A stretch of DNA of 64,000 bases from Patescibacteria group bacterium (lineage in GTDB: Bacteria > Patescibacteriota > WWE3 > UBA101185 > UBA10185), in the NCBI GenBank assembly GCA_049322215.1, contig JBMORU010000001.1, positions 324,023 through 388,022 on the forward strand, written 5' to 3'. The notes below the pieces were generated by a model. The model ran no database searches. It worked only from the letters and a program-made list of their open reading frames with translations, and had not been told where the DNA came from. A program made the translations under genes and the position numbers. Positions within the stretch are counted from its first letter, which is position 1. Every line of letters starts with the position of its first letter. Below are positions 1 through 10,158 of the stretch, one piece after another.

Positions 1-1121
1 TTAAGTTTATTGCTTCTGGTGCTTCTTCAGTTCCTGAAAGTATTGGAATCTTAGTTCCTACAAGAAAACAAATTAACCAGTTATCAGCAGGTGAGGTAGG
101 TTATGTTTCTACGGGTTTAAAAGATATTACGAGTGTAAAGGTTGGGGATACTTTAACAGTTGTTTCTGCACAAAATGTTGTACCGTTGCCCGGATATAAA
201 GAAGTTATGCCGTTTGTTTTCGTTTCAATATATCCTTTAGAAAATGATAGATTCCCTGATTTAAGAACTGCTTTAGAAAAACTTTCACTATCTGATTCTG
301 CTTTAACATATGATCCGGAAAACAACAGTGCTTTAGGTTATGGATTTAGATGCGGCTTTTTAGGTTTGCTTCATGCTGATGTAATACAAGAACGCTTAGA
401 GAGGGAGTTTAATTTGGAACTTATTTCTACAACCCCAACAGTAGAATATAAGGTTGTTACAACTAAAGGGGAACAAATATCGGTAAAAACCCCCGCACAG
501 TTGCCTGATCCAACTTTTATAAGAGAAATTACAGAACCCTGGATTTTATTAACCATTATTGCCCCAACAGAGTATAACGGTAGTATTATTCAGCTTTGTG
601 AAAATAGAAGAGGCATTATGCGGAAAATGCATTACACATCAGAAAGTACAGTTATGTTTGAGTATGAGCTTCCTTTAGCCGAGCTTGTTTACAATTTTTT
701 TAGTGATTTGAAAACAGTATCTTCCGGGTATGCAAGTTTAGATTATGAACTTTTAGATTTTCGTTCTGTTAAAGCTGTTAAACTAAACATTTTAATTCAT
801 GGGGAGGCCATTGAACCCCTATCTCACATTGTTTTAAAAAGTAAAGCCGAAGAGGTGGGAAGAAAATTACTGATAAAACTCAAAGATGTGATACCAAAAC
901 AACAATATCAAGTTGCCTTACAAGCCTCAGTTGGCGGGAAAATTGTCGCGAGAGAAGACATTCCCGCTATGAGAAAAAACGTTTTGCAACATATTTATGG
1001 AGGACACCGCGAGAGAAAAGACAAACTACTAGATAGACAAAAAAAAGGAAAAGAACGTTTGAAACGTTTAGGTAAAGTTGATATTCCTCAAGAAGCTTTT
1101 AGGCAAATATTAAGCGTTTAG
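1..1121 (+). CDS. lepA: Elongation factor 4 (LepA), C-terminal portion; the gene continues upstream of the window (codon frame starts at nt 3)
   Basis: Frame 3 is open from nt 3 and reads ...GEVGYVSTGLKDITSVKVGDTLT..., typical of the LepA domain II/III junction. The listed ORF 186..1121 carries LepA-specific C-terminal motifs (GFRCGFLGLLH, unique LepA CTD). Basis: motif recognition, no search run. Confidence 0.85.
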   Translation, partial: KFIASGASSVPESIGILVPTRKQINQLSAGEVGYVSTGLKDITSVKVGDTLTVVSAQNVVPLPGYKEVMPFVFVSIYPLENDRFPDLRTALEKLSLSDSALTYDPENNSALGYGFRCGFLGLLHADVIQERLEREFNLELISTTPTVEYKVVTTKGEQISVKTPAQLPDPTFIREITEPWILLTIIAPTEYNGSIIQLCENRRGIMRKMHYTSESTVMFEYELPLAELVYNFFSDLKTVSSGYASLDYELLDFRSVKAVKLNILIHGEAIEPLSHIVLKSKAEEVGRKLLIKLKDVIPKQQYQVALQASVGGKIVAREDIPAMRKNVLQHIYGGHRERKDKLLDRQKKGKERLKRLGKVDIPQEAFRQILSV

Positions 1122-1182
1122 TTGCTTAATTCAAAAATTGGTGGTATTTAAACACCACAAGTAAAATCCAATCAAAAGGAGA

Positions 1183-1902
1183 ATGATAATGACTAACAAT
1201 ATCGTAGTTGTTCAGTTAGGTGCTCCCGGTTGTGGTAAAGATACACAGGCAGCACTATTTATTGAAATGTACGGCAAAGCAACAAAAAATACTGCAGAGA
1301 GATGGGATGTTATTTCAACAGGTGCTCATTTTCGCAGGCATCGCCGTGAAGGAACCGCATTAGGTAAATTAGCCAATCACTATATCCAACAAGGGTTGTT
1401 GGTTCCTAATGATGTTACGTTAGACATGCTTCGTGACGCGTTTTTTGGTTCTGAAGTTTTTGGTAAGAACGCATTACTAAACGGATTTCCGAGAAACACA
1501 GATCAGGCTAAGGCATTAGTTGCTCTTTTAAAAGAAAAAGCAATTAAGAGAACCTTAGCTGGCGTTGTTTATTTTGATGTACGTGATGATATTTTATTAG
1601 AACGCCTTACTGCAAGACGTGTTTGTAAAGCATGCAGTCACACTTACAATGTTTTATTTACACCTCCTTCCCAAGAGGGTGTTTGTGATCATTGTGGTGG
1701 TGAAGTTGTTCAACGGCATGATGATACACTAGAAGTACAACAAGTTCGCCTCGCCGTTTATCAAGAAGAAACATCACCACTAATTGCTTACTACCAAAAA
1801 CGCGGTGAGCTTGTAGCCATTGATGGAAATCGACCTATTGATGTTGTTTATAAAGATTTTGCATCGGCAGTGTTGGCTTTGGTTTCTGCTGTACGCTCTT
1901 AA
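1183..1902 (+). CDS. adk: Adenylate kinase with zinc-binding lid (CxxC...CxxC)
   Basis: P-loop GAPGCGKDTQA resembles GxPGxGKGTQ. NMP-binding and LID regions carry CKACSHTYN...CDHCGG, the four-Cys zinc lid. Length 239 aa. An RBS-like aaaggag lies 8 nt upstream. Confidence 0.8.
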   Translation: MIMTNNIVVVQLGAPGCGKDTQAALFIEMYGKATKNTAERWDVISTGAHFRRHRREGTALGKLANHYIQQGLLVPNDVTLDMLRDAFFGSEVFGKNALLNGFPRNTDQAKALVALLKEKAIKRTLAGVVYFDVRDDILLERLTARRVCKACSHTYNVLFTPPSQEGVCDHCGGEVVQRHDDTLEVQQVRLAVYQEETSPLIAYYQKRGELVAIDGNRPIDVVYKDFASAVLALVSAVRS

Positions 1903-1913
1903 CTTTAATTCAG

Positions 1914-1956
1914 TTTGGAGATAAACCCTTTAATTATAAGGATTTTTATCTCCAAA
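1914..1956 (+). terminator. 12-bp stem hairpin downstream of adk (tttggagataaa ... tttatctccaaa), without a clear U-tract
   Basis: Perfect inverted repeat read directly from the sequence. Its position after the adk stop suggests a terminator or RNA-stability hairpin. Confidence 0.35.
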
Positions 1957-1968
1957 CTATGTACTTCC

Positions 1969-1996
1969 TTGACACCTTTAGCACTCATGCTATATT
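1969..1996 (+). promoter_or_regulatory. Sigma70-like promoter upstream of hrcA (TTGACA, 16-nt spacer, TATATT)
   Basis: TTGACA at 1969-1974 and TATATT at 1991-1996. The hrcA ATG at 2006 implies a very short leader. Confidence 0.4.
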
Positions 1997-2005
1997 ACTG
2001 ATAAT

Positions 2006-2737
2006 ATGCTCTCAGAACTAACAGAAAGGCAAATAGTACTATTACAGGCCATAATAAATGAATATTTAGAATCCTCTAACCCTGTTGGTTCGGGTACTAT
2101 AGTAAAAAAGTATGGGATAAAATATTCAGCAGCTACTGTCCGCAATGATATGGCTGAGTTGCTTAAAAAAGGCCTATTAGAAATGATCCATACTTCATCT
2201 GGTAGAATCCCCTCCACCTTAGCTTATAGAATTTTTCTAGATGATCTTATGGAAGAGGAAGAACTTCCTGTATTACAGGAAGTTGCTATTAAGCAAAGGT
2301 TATGGGCAAGCCGTTTTCAATTAGATAGGCTTTTAAGGCAGTCAGCCTTAGCTTTATCTGACTTAACTAAAGAAGCAGCATTTGCAACTACTGATGATGG
2401 TTATTTAGTTCATGCAGGAACTGTTAACCTTCTTGATTATCAGGAATTTTGGGATATTAGTGTTACAAAATCTGCTTTATTTTTACTAGATCGTTACGAA
2501 TTACTTGAAAAAATTTTAAATAGTGTGCCTGCACCTCAAGATGTAGCTTGTTTAATTGGTGATGAATTAGCCAGTAATGATCTAACATCCTGCAGTATAC
2601 TTTTTTCAAGATTTCGTTTAGATTCTACATCTGGTTATATCGGGGTATTGGGTCCTGCAAGAATGCAGTATGCTAGCGTAGTACCTTCGATTAGATATAC
2701 TAAAAGTTTAATTCAAGAGTTAGCAGGATCCTGGTAA
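2006..2737 (+). CDS. hrcA: Heat-inducible transcription repressor HrcA (short form, 243 aa)
   Basis: N-terminal winged HTH typical of HrcA (LTERQIVLLQAIINEYLESSNPVGSGTIVKKYGIKYSAATVRNDMAELLKKGLLE). Lies immediately upstream of grpE-dnaK, the canonical hrcA-grpE-dnaK order. Confidence 0.75.
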   Translation: MLSELTERQIVLLQAIINEYLESSNPVGSGTIVKKYGIKYSAATVRNDMAELLKKGLLEMIHTSSGRIPSTLAYRIFLDDLMEEEELPVLQEVAIKQRLWASRFQLDRLLRQSALALSDLTKEAAFATTDDGYLVHAGTVNLLDYQEFWDISVTKSALFLLDRYELLEKILNSVPAPQDVACLIGDELASNDLTSCSILFSRFRLDSTSGYIGVLGPARMQYASVVPSIRYTKSLIQELAGSW

Positions 2738-2749
2738 TATTTTAAAGCT

Positions 2750-3214
2750 ATGAATAAAGATAAAAAACAAACAGAAAACAAAAATGATGAAATTGAGCAG
2801 TTAAATGCCAAAATTGAAGAATTAGAAAATAATTGGAAAAGAGCTTTAGCTGATTATATAAATTTGCAAAATAGAGTGGCTGATTTGAAAGAAGATTATA
2901 TTTCTTTTGCCTACAGTAGTATTTTGCAAAGGTTTTTACCTATTCTTGATAATTTGGAGATGGTTGAGAAACATGTAGATGATATGGGGATAAAATTGGT
3001 AGTTAAGGAATTTAAGCAAATACTAAGTGATGAAGGTGTGGTTGAAATTAAATCAGAAAATCAAGATTTCGATATAGAAACTATGGAAGCTACAGAAACA
3101 GTTGAAGGAGAAAAAGGAAAAGTTGTAGAAGTAGTGAAAAAAGGATATTTATATAAAGAAAAATTGTTGCGCCCTGCTTACGTAAAAGTTGGGCATGGCG
3201 CTGAAAAGGAATAA
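2750..3214 (+). CDS. grpE: Nucleotide exchange factor GrpE
   Basis: Coiled-coil N-terminus followed by a GrpE-like beta domain. Position between hrcA and dnaK. Confidence 0.8.
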   Translation: MNKDKKQTENKNDEIEQLNAKIEELENNWKRALADYINLQNRVADLKEDYISFAYSSILQRFLPILDNLEMVEKHVDDMGIKLVVKEFKQILSDEGVVEIKSENQDFDIETMEATETVEGEKGKVVEVVKKGYLYKEKLLRPAYVKVGHGAEKE

Positions 3215-3237
3215 TTAGTTTATTTAGGAGGTAAAAA

Positions 3238-5130
3238 ATGGGGAAAATAATTGGAATTGACCTTGGAACAACAAACTCAGCCATGGCTGTTATGGAAGGT
3301 GGTCAGGCAAAGGTTATACCTAGCCATGAAGGTACAAACACAACACCTTCTGTGGTTGCTTTAGGAACCAATGAGCTTGTTGGTGTTCCTGCAAAAAGAC
3401 AACAAGTAGTAAATCCAAAAAATACTGTATACAGTGCTAAGCGTTTAATGGGACGACGTTTTAAGGATGAAGAAGTTCAAACAATGCTAAAGGATGCACC
3501 ATTTGAAATAGTAGAAGGTAAAAATGGCCTTGCTGCAATAAAAGTAGAAGGTAAGGTTTATACACCTCAAGAAATTTCTGCGAAAATTTTAGGTAAATTA
3601 AAAGCTGACGCAGAAAAATACTTAGGACAACCAGTTACTGAAGCTGTAATTACTGTTCCTGCTTACTTTGATGATGCTCAACGAAATGCTACAAAAGAGG
3701 CAGGTCAAATTGCCGGCTTAGAGGTAAAACGAATAATAAACGAACCTACTGCCGCATCATTGGCGTATGGATTAGATAAAAAATCTAATGAAATAATTGC
3801 AATTTATGACTTGGGAGGCGGTACCTTTGATGTGTCTATTCTTGAAGTTGGGGATGGCGTTTTTGAAGTTAAAGCCACCAATGGAGACACTCACCTAGGT
3901 GGTGATGATTTTGATCAAAAAATAATTCAATGGCTAATAGAAGAGTTTAAGAAAACTGAAGGTATTGATTTATCTAAAGATAAACAGGCTCTACAAAGAT
4001 TAAAAGATGCTGCAGAAAAAGCTAAACAAGAATTATCTAGTGCTCAAGAGACCGAAATAAATATTCCGTTTATTACAGCGGATAACACAGGACCTAAGCA
4101 CCTAAACGTTAAGTTGACAAGGTCAAAGCTTGAGCAATTAGTTGATGATTTAGTTCAGAGAACAATAAAACCAATGGAAGCAGCACTTAAAGATGCAGAG
4201 CTTTCAAAGGGCGATATTAATGAAGTAATAATGGTAGGTGGCATGACACGTATGCCTAAAATTAATGAGGTAGTAAAAGAGTTTTTTGGTAAAGAACCCC
4301 ATAAAGGTGTAAATCCCGATGAAGTTGTAGCCATTGGTGCTGCTATTCAAGGAGGAGTGTTAGGTGGCGATGTTAAAGATGTTTTACTGCTTGATGTTAC
4401 ACCTTTAACGTTGGGACTTGAAACGCTTGGCGGTGTGAGCACCCCATTAATTAAGCGAAATACTACAATTCCAACATCCGCATCTCAGGTTTTTAGTACA
4501 GCTAGCGATAACCAGACTAGTGTTGAAATAAACGTACTGCAAGGTGAACGAGAAATGGCTTCTGATAACAAATCTTTAGGTAGATTTATATTAGATGGTA
4601 TTCCCCCAGCACCTAGGGGTGTTCCTCAAGTCGAAGTTAAATTTGATATAGATGCAAATGGTATATTAAAAGTTTCTGCTAAAGATAAGGCAACAGGAAA
4701 AGAGCAAAAAATAACGATTCAAGGTGGAACAGGCTTAAGTGATGATGAAGTTGAAAAGCTAGTAAAAGAAGCTGAGATAAATGCAGAAGCAGATAAAAAG
4801 AAAAAACAAGAAGTTGAGGCACGTAATATGGCAGATACTCTTGTTCACACTGCTGAAAAGTCACTTCGCGATGCTGGTGATAAAGTACCCGAAGACTTAA
4901 AGAAAGAAATTGAAGATCAGGTTAAAAAAGTAAAGGAAATAACTCCTACCGCAACTTTAGAAGAATTAGATGTTGAAACTAAGAAACTATCTGACTCTTT
5001 ACAAAAAATAGGTGAAATTATGTACAAAGATGCGGGTAGCGAAGAGGCACCTAAAGGTGAAACCTCTAAACAACCCGAATCTGAAGGAAATGAAGAAGAG
5101 CCTATTGAAGGCGAAGTAGTTGAGGAGTAA
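3238..5130 (+). CDS. dnaK: Chaperone DnaK (Hsp70)
   Basis: Hsp70 signatures [26 protein letters not shown] and an EEVD-like acidic C-terminus. Strong RBS ggaggtaaaaaATG. Confidence 0.95.
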   Translation: MGKIIGIDLGTTNSAMAVMEGGQAKVIPSHEGTNTTPSVVALGTNELVGVPAKRQQVVNPKNTVYSAKRLMGRRFKDEEVQTMLKDAPFEIVEGKNGLAAIKVEGKVYTPQEISAKILGKLKADAEKYLGQPVTEAVITVPAYFDDAQRNATKEAGQIAGLEVKRIINEPTAASLAYGLDKKSNEIIAIYDLGGGTFDVSILEVGDGVFEVKATNGDTHLGGDDFDQKIIQWLIEEFKKTEGIDLSKDKQALQRLKDAAEKAKQELSSAQETEINIPFITADNTGPKHLNVKLTRSKLEQLVDDLVQRTIKPMEAALKDAELSKGDINEVIMVGGMTRMPKINEVVKEFFGKEPHKGVNPDEVVAIGAAIQGGVLGGDVKDVLLLDVTPLTLGLETLGGVSTPLIKRNTTIPTSASQVFSTASDNQTSVEINVLQGEREMASDNKSLGRFILDGIPPAPRGVPQVEVKFDIDANGILKVSAKDKATGKEQKITIQGGTGLSDDEVEKLVKEAEINAEADKKKKQEVEARNMADTLVHTAEKSLRDAGDKVPEDLKKEIEDQVKKVKEITPTATLEELDVETKKLSDSLQKIGEIMYKDAGSEEAPKGETSKQPESEGNEEEPIEGEVVEE

Positions 5131-5151
5131 GTGTTAGTAATTGGAGGATAA

Positions 5152-5181
5152 AAAAAGCCCGCTTTTGCGGGCTTTTTCTTT
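5152..5181. terminator. Rho-independent terminator (aaagcccgc tttt gcgggc ttttt), likely bidirectional between dnaK and a convergent small gene
   Basis: GC-rich 7-bp stem plus a T-run on the + strand and an A-run on the other side. Read directly from the sequence. Confidence 0.7.
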
Positions 5182-5191
5182 GTTTCAAAAG

Positions 5192-5446
5192 TTACTCTAC
5201 TTCTTCTGGGTCGTCGTACATGCTGGATGCAGTTTCTTCATCAAGAACATCGTCACGAATCTCTGCGCTTGTTGTCGGAAGATCCTCACCTGAAAAAGCG
5301 GTTTCTAAATCAACAGGTTGTTTCTGAACTTCTTGTGCTGCGATTTTTGCATCTACACGGTCTTCAACACTTTGCATAAATGTATCAGCACCTTCATCGT
5401 CTTCTGGTAAGTCTTCATAATCATCAGGTCTTCTCATATTTTCCAT
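5192..5446 (-). CDS. Small highly acidic protein (84 aa), function unknown
   Basis: ORF with GGAG about 9 nt upstream of the ATG on the minus strand. Composition is very D/E-rich with no TM segment and higher GC than its surroundings. Encoded antisense between dnaK and dnaJ. Confidence 0.4.
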   Translation of the reverse strand: MENMRRPDDYEDLPEDDEGADTFMQSVEDRVDAKIAAQEVQKQPVDLETAFSGEDLPTTSAEIRDDVLDEETASSMYDDPEEVE

Positions 5447-5563
5447 AGTAAAATTCTCCTGTAATCAATTACTAAAAGAAGTATAATTAATAACTACACA
5501 AAATGGTAGTTTTATAGCAAATTGCATCTAGCAAACAACTTACTTAATTGCTAAAATCCGCTT

Positions 5564-6481
5564 ATGACTCGAGATTATTACGAAGTGCTTGGAGTCGACA
5601 AAAAGGCTTCGGCAGAAGAAATAAAAAAAGCATATAGAAAACTTGCCCGCGAACATCATCCTGACATGGTAGCTGATCATGACAAAGATGGTGCAGAAGA
5701 ACGTTTTAAAGAAATAAATGAGGCATATCAGGTTTTAAGTGATCCTCAAAAGAAGCAAATGTACGATCAGTACGGACATGCTGGGTTTGGTGCGCAACAG
5801 AATGGTTTTGGTGGGAATCAGGGAGCACAAGGACAATGGGGTCCTTTTACATATACATACACCTCAGGGGGTAATAATGCTTACGGAAATATTGATCCTT
5901 TTGATGTGTTTGAAGAGTTTTTTGGTTTTAGGGGTTTTGGTGGTAATAGAAAGCCAAAGAGAGGTAAAAACCTTTATTATGAGTTTCATGTTACTTTTGG
6001 TGAAGCTGTTCACGGTGTAGAAAAAACTGTAGAAGTTGAAAGTGGCAAAGTAAAAATTAAAATACCTCAAGGTGTTAGAGATGGAAGTGAATTAAGATTT
6101 GCGGGTAAAGGAATGCCTGGTCCCGACGGACTTCCTTCAGGTGACTTGCTTTTAACTATAAGAGTTCCTACTCCAAGTGAATTTAGACGTGTTGGTGATA
6201 ACTTAGCCACTTTAGTAGAAATAGACTTTGTTCAAGCGATATTAGGCGATAAAGTAGAAATTCCCGTAGTAGACCTTGATTCGAAAACAGGCATAGGCAA
6301 AGTAAAGGTTAAAGTTCCTTCTGGAACACAGCCCGGCGCAACTATTCGCTTAAAAGGTAAGGGTATGCCTAAACTACATGGCTATGGTAGAGGTGATGTG
6401 TTAGTGCAGCTTTCAGTTGTTTTACCAAAAAAAATCAGTAGAAAACAAAAAAAGATTTTGGAAGATTACACAAAAGCCTAA
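5564..6481 (+). CDS. DnaJ-family co-chaperone lacking the CxxCxGxG zinc-finger domain (type II / CbpA-like architecture)
   Basis: J-domain with HPD (DYYEVLGV...EHHPD), a G/F-rich region and C-terminal DnaJ substrate-binding domains. No Cys repeats anywhere in 305 aa. Confidence 0.85.
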   Translation: MTRDYYEVLGVDKKASAEEIKKAYRKLAREHHPDMVADHDKDGAEERFKEINEAYQVLSDPQKKQMYDQYGHAGFGAQQNGFGGNQGAQGQWGPFTYTYTSGGNNAYGNIDPFDVFEEFFGFRGFGGNRKPKRGKNLYYEFHVTFGEAVHGVEKTVEVESGKVKIKIPQGVRDGSELRFAGKGMPGPDGLPSGDLLLTIRVPTPSEFRRVGDNLATLVEIDFVQAILGDKVEIPVVDLDSKTGIGKVKVKVPSGTQPGATIRLKGKGMPKLHGYGRGDVLVQLSVVLPKKISRKQKKILEDYTKA

Positions 6482-6487
6482 CTTTTT

Positions 6488-7204
6488 TTAGGTTTGTTGG
6501 TCAATTTCACTTAAATAGGTATAAGCAGTCATATATTCTTTTTTTATTTCATCTTGTCTTTGTAACCCATTTAATCGTTCTTTATAACCTTCTTTTGTAG
6601 GGCCTTCCGCGGCTTCGATTAGCCCGTTCAATTGCTTTATGCGTTCTTGTCTTTTTTGTGCATGCTGAGCTACTATTTCCCAAATTTCGGTTTGATTTGT
6701 ACCTGTTCTTAACGCAAGTTGTTTCCGTGCAAATCCTTTGCCTAGTTCATTTACATCTACGAGTTTTGATACGCGCATATACTCTAATAAATCGTTATCA
6801 CTTCCAAGAAAAAACGGTTCGTTTTTTGTTAAAGACTCCCATTCTTGAGGCAAATATTCTATTCTCACCTCATTTAAATGCGTTTCTGCTTCTTTAAGTT
6901 TAGGTTCAAAAACAGCTACATCTTGTGCAGCTTCAAGTAACACTTGCCCTGGTGTTTTATTGACCTCAGCCAATGGATTATTTTCTCCATCAATTGCTGC
7001 CAAAACTGCATCGGTTTCAGGGCTTTCTGAGTGATATGAAGTTCCCATATTTTTTTCTAAAGCTGTTTTTACTGTTTTAAGTGCTATGGTGTGTCCCTCT
7101 TTAAGTACCTCATACTCATCTTTAGCTTTTTCGTAATCGGCTTTTGTATAGGGTGTTTCTTCTTCAATCAAGTTTACTAATTTTTCAGTTACGCTCATTA
7201 ACAA
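6488..7204 (-). CDS. Hypothetical cytoplasmic protein (238 aa)
   Basis: Long ORF convergent with dnaJ (stops 6 nt apart). No motif recognised; a possible HTH-like stretch (KQLALRTGTNQTEIWEIV). Confidence 0.5.
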   Translation of the reverse strand: MLMSVTEKLVNLIEEETPYTKADYEKAKDEYEVLKEGHTIALKTVKTALEKNMGTSYHSESPETDAVLAAIDGENNPLAEVNKTPGQVLLEAAQDVAVFEPKLKEAETHLNEVRIEYLPQEWESLTKNEPFFLGSDNDLLEYMRVSKLVDVNELGKGFARKQLALRTGTNQTEIWEIVAQHAQKRQERIKQLNGLIEAAEGPTKEGYKERLNGLQRQDEIKKEYMTAYTYLSEIDQQT

Positions 7205-7338
7205 AATGATAGCCTAGTGCATGTTGGTGTTCAATAGCGGTTGATATATTTACATCTATATGTTAAGTTTGTAACCAGGTTTATAATGCGATTGCATTTG
7301 GAACAGCGGTTTAACCGGTTAGTTTCATAGAATTTTAT

Positions 7339-7365
7339 GAGGTGGGTATTTCCCGCCTTTTTAAT
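7339..7365 (+). terminator. Hairpin plus T-run in the nusA leader (GGTGGG tattt CCCGCC ttttt), possible attenuator
   Basis: 6-bp GC-rich stem (one G-U pair) followed by T5, 27 nt upstream of the nusA ATG. The upstream gene is on the opposite strand, so this is a leader element rather than an operon terminator. Confidence 0.35.
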
Positions 7366-7391
7366 TGAGTAATTTTAGGTAAAATAAAAAT

Positions 7392-8555
7392 ATGGCGATA
7401 ACAGAATTTAATTCAGCACTAAATCAAGTAGCAACCGAAAGAGGTATTTCGGTAGATAGTGTGTTGGAAACAATAAAACTAGCTTTAATTTCTGCATATA
7501 AAAAAGACTATGGTGATGACGAAGACGAGGTTGAGGGCGAAGTTGAGGAATCTATTGAAGTAGATTTAAATCCTGATACAGGTGAAGCACGTATTTTAAA
7601 AGAAGGCAAAGACATAACACCATCAGGTTTTGGAAGAATAGCAGCACAAACAGCTAAACAGGTGATTTTGCAAAAAATCCGTGAAACAGAAAAAGAAGTA
7701 ATTTTAGATGAATTTAAGTCAAAAGTTGGTACTTTAATTCGCGGAACTATTTTTAGAATTGAAAACGGTGTAGTTATTTTAGACCTAGGCCGTGCTCATG
7801 GTATTTTACCCCAGTCAGAACAAGTTCCTTCGGAAGATTACAAACTAAACCAAAGATTAAGAGTCTTAATAAAGGATATTAGAAAATCTAACAGAGGCAC
7901 CGAAATAATTGTTAGCCGCACAGATACTGACTTTATTGTAAAACTTTTTGAACAGGAAGTTCCTGAAATAGCCTCTGGTGTTGTAACTATTGAAGCTATT
8001 GCCCGTGAACCTGGCTCTCGTACAAAAATGGCTGTATCTTCCAGTGATGACAAAATTGACCCTGTTGGAAGTTGCGTTGGCCAAAAAGGTGTAAGAGTTC
8101 AAGCAATAATAACTGAAATATTTGGTGAAAAAATAGATATAGTTCCTTATTCACCAATAATTGAAAAATTTATTGCGGCAAGTTTATCTCCTGCTAAAGT
8201 TACCGAGGTAGACGCCGATTTAGAAAATAAAGAAGCACATGTTTCTGTTCCAGAAGATCAGTTGAGTTTGGCCATAGGTAAAGAAGGACAAAACGTACGG
8301 TTAGCGCACAAACTAACAAAATGGAAAATAGATATTAAAGGTGCTCCTAGCTTATTTGGTAGCATTGATTCTACTTTAGAAGTGCAAGAAGATGATGATA
8401 CTGTTGTAAGAGGTGTTTGGGACGAAGATATTAAAGCAAAAGAAGATGAAGTTGAATCTGAATCTTTAGAAGACGAAGTATCTGATACAGCTACTAGCGC
8501 TGAAGAGGAAGATATTGCCTCAGAAGATAGTAATCCTGAAAATGAAAATGCCTAA
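7392..8555 (+). CDS. nusA: Transcription termination/antitermination factor NusA with an acidic C-terminal tail
   Basis: NusA N-terminal domain, S1 and KH regions (GTLIRGTIFRIENGVVILDLG; VGSCVGQKGVRVQAIITE...). Confidence 0.9.
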   Translation: MAITEFNSALNQVATERGISVDSVLETIKLALISAYKKDYGDDEDEVEGEVEESIEVDLNPDTGEARILKEGKDITPSGFGRIAAQTAKQVILQKIRETEKEVILDEFKSKVGTLIRGTIFRIENGVVILDLGRAHGILPQSEQVPSEDYKLNQRLRVLIKDIRKSNRGTEIIVSRTDTDFIVKLFEQEVPEIASGVVTIEAIAREPGSRTKMAVSSSDDKIDPVGSCVGQKGVRVQAIITEIFGEKIDIVPYSPIIEKFIAASLSPAKVTEVDADLENKEAHVSVPEDQLSLAIGKEGQNVRLAHKLTKWKIDIKGAPSLFGSIDSTLEVQEDDDTVVRGVWDEDIKAKEDEVESESLEDEVSDTATSAEEEDIASEDSNPENENA

Positions 8556-8591
8556 CTTAAAAGACGCCAAAAGTAAGTTATATAGTTTAAT

Positions 8592-10085
8592 ATGTCAATG
8601 GAAAAAAACGCATCTACAAATGAATTATTATCAAGACCCCCAATTGTGGCCGTTATGGGGCATGTTGATCATGGAAAAACAAGCATACTCGATGCTATTA
8701 GACACACAAACGTAACTGCTAAAGAATATGGTGGAATAACCCAGCATATTGGTGCTTATCAAGTTTCTCACAATTCAGAACTAATTACATTTATAGATAC
8801 TCCTGGACATGCCGCTTTTACACAAATGCGTGCTCGAGGAGGAAAAGCTGCAGACATTGTAGTTTTAGTTGTTGCTGCTGATGATGGTGTGATGCCTCAA
8901 ACCAAAGAAGCTATTTCTCATGCTAAGGCAGCGGGCGTTCCTATTATAGTTGCAATTAATAAAATGGATACTGTAGGTGCTGACCCTCATAAAGTAAAGC
9001 AAGGGTTAGCTTTAGAAAATGTTTTAGTTGAAGATTGGGGTGGCGACGCTGTGGCGGTAGAAGTTTCTGCCAAAGAGGGTACCGGTCTTTCTAACTTACT
9101 GGATGCAATATTGGCAATTGCTGAGTTGTCTGAATTAAAGGCTAATTCTAGAGGGGAACTTGAAGCAATAATAATTGAGTCTAAATTGGATAAACGAAAA
9201 GGTGTTGTAGTAAACGCCATAATCCGAAACGGAACACTTAAAATTGGGTCAGAAGTAGTTGCTAGCGGTTTTAATGCACGTGTAAAGTCTTTAATGGATG
9301 ATAAAGGTAAAATGATTAAAGAAGCAGAGCCTTCTAAACCTGTGGAAGTTTTAGGTTTTAAAGAAGTTCCAAATATTGGGGACTTAATAGTTGAGCAAGG
9401 CAGTGAACTCGCTGAACTATCATTAGATGAAGGTCGTACCGAGATTGTAGGTCAAAATACTAAACGTGTAGTTGGCGTTATTGTTAGAGCAGATACTCAA
9501 GGTACCTTAGAGGCTGTAAAAGGTGGTTTATCTAAACTAGTTAGCGAAAACGTAGATGCTACTTACTCTATAAAATTTTTGCTAACAACTACGGGTGATG
9601 TTACAGAATCTGACGTTTTGCTTGCATCTAGTACTGGGGGCTTAATTGTTGGTTTTAATGTTAAAATACCCAATTCGGTTGACGAACTGGCTAAAAGTCA
9701 GAAAATTCCTTTAAAAACTTATAAAACAATTTATGAATTAATCGAAGAAGTAGAAGCAGTGCTTGCAGGAACAGCTTTTGATGAAGAGTCAAAAATTAAG
9801 GGAAGAGCTGAAGTTTTGAAAACGTTTAAGCTACCTTCAGGAGATATAATTGCAGGATGTAAAGTTATTGCAGGTGCTTTAAAAGAAGGTAAGCGTATTG
9901 CTATTTACGATAAAAACCCTTCGGATTTAACAGAACTCGATGAGCCTTTATATAGAGGAGCCATCAAAAAGCTTAAAATAAAGAAAGATGACGTTTCCAT
10001 AGTAGGAAAAGATGTTGAGTGTGGCGTATTGTTAAAGCCACAATATGATGATATTTCGACGGGGCAGTATATCGAAATGCTGTAA
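8592..10085 (+). CDS. infB: Translation initiation factor IF-2, short form lacking N-terminal extensions (497 aa)
   Basis: G-domain ([20 protein letters not shown]) followed by the IF2 beta-barrel domains. Canonical position after nusA. Confidence 0.9.
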   Translation: MSMEKNASTNELLSRPPIVAVMGHVDHGKTSILDAIRHTNVTAKEYGGITQHIGAYQVSHNSELITFIDTPGHAAFTQMRARGGKAADIVVLVVAADDGVMPQTKEAISHAKAAGVPIIVAINKMDTVGADPHKVKQGLALENVLVEDWGGDAVAVEVSAKEGTGLSNLLDAILAIAELSELKANSRGELEAIIIESKLDKRKGVVVNAIIRNGTLKIGSEVVASGFNARVKSLMDDKGKMIKEAEPSKPVEVLGFKEVPNIGDLIVEQGSELAELSLDEGRTEIVGQNTKRVVGVIVRADTQGTLEAVKGGLSKLVSENVDATYSIKFLLTTTGDVTESDVLLASSTGGLIVGFNVKIPNSVDELAKSQKIPLKTYKTIYELIEEVEAVLAGTAFDEESKIKGRAEVLKTFKLPSGDIIAGCKVIAGALKEGKRIAIYDKNPSDLTELDEPLYRGAIKKLKIKKDDVSIVGKDVECGVLLKPQYDDISTGQYIEML

Positions 10086-10158
10086 TCCATTGACCCATAG
10101 TGTTTTTACCTCTATAATTACTACCTAAATCAAATAAAAATAATAAGGAGAGTAAATA

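Noticed and set aside
1978-2020. A possible full CIRCE operator at the hrcA promoter
   Set aside because: Only the left half-site TTAGCACTC is present. No GAGTGCTAA lies at the 9-nt spacing and the best downstream match is 6/9 at the wrong distance.
5739-6070. ORFs 5739..6020 (+) and 5864..6070 (-) inside dnaJ
   Set aside because: They are embedded out of frame or antisense within a well-supported conserved CDS. Their translations are low-complexity and hydrophobic, typical of spurious frames.
6476-6500. A hairpin spanning the dnaJ stop and the convergent gene stop (GCCTAA cttttt TTAGGT)
   Set aside because: Only a 6-bp stem with a G-U pair and no clear flanking U-tract. Too weak to call a terminator.
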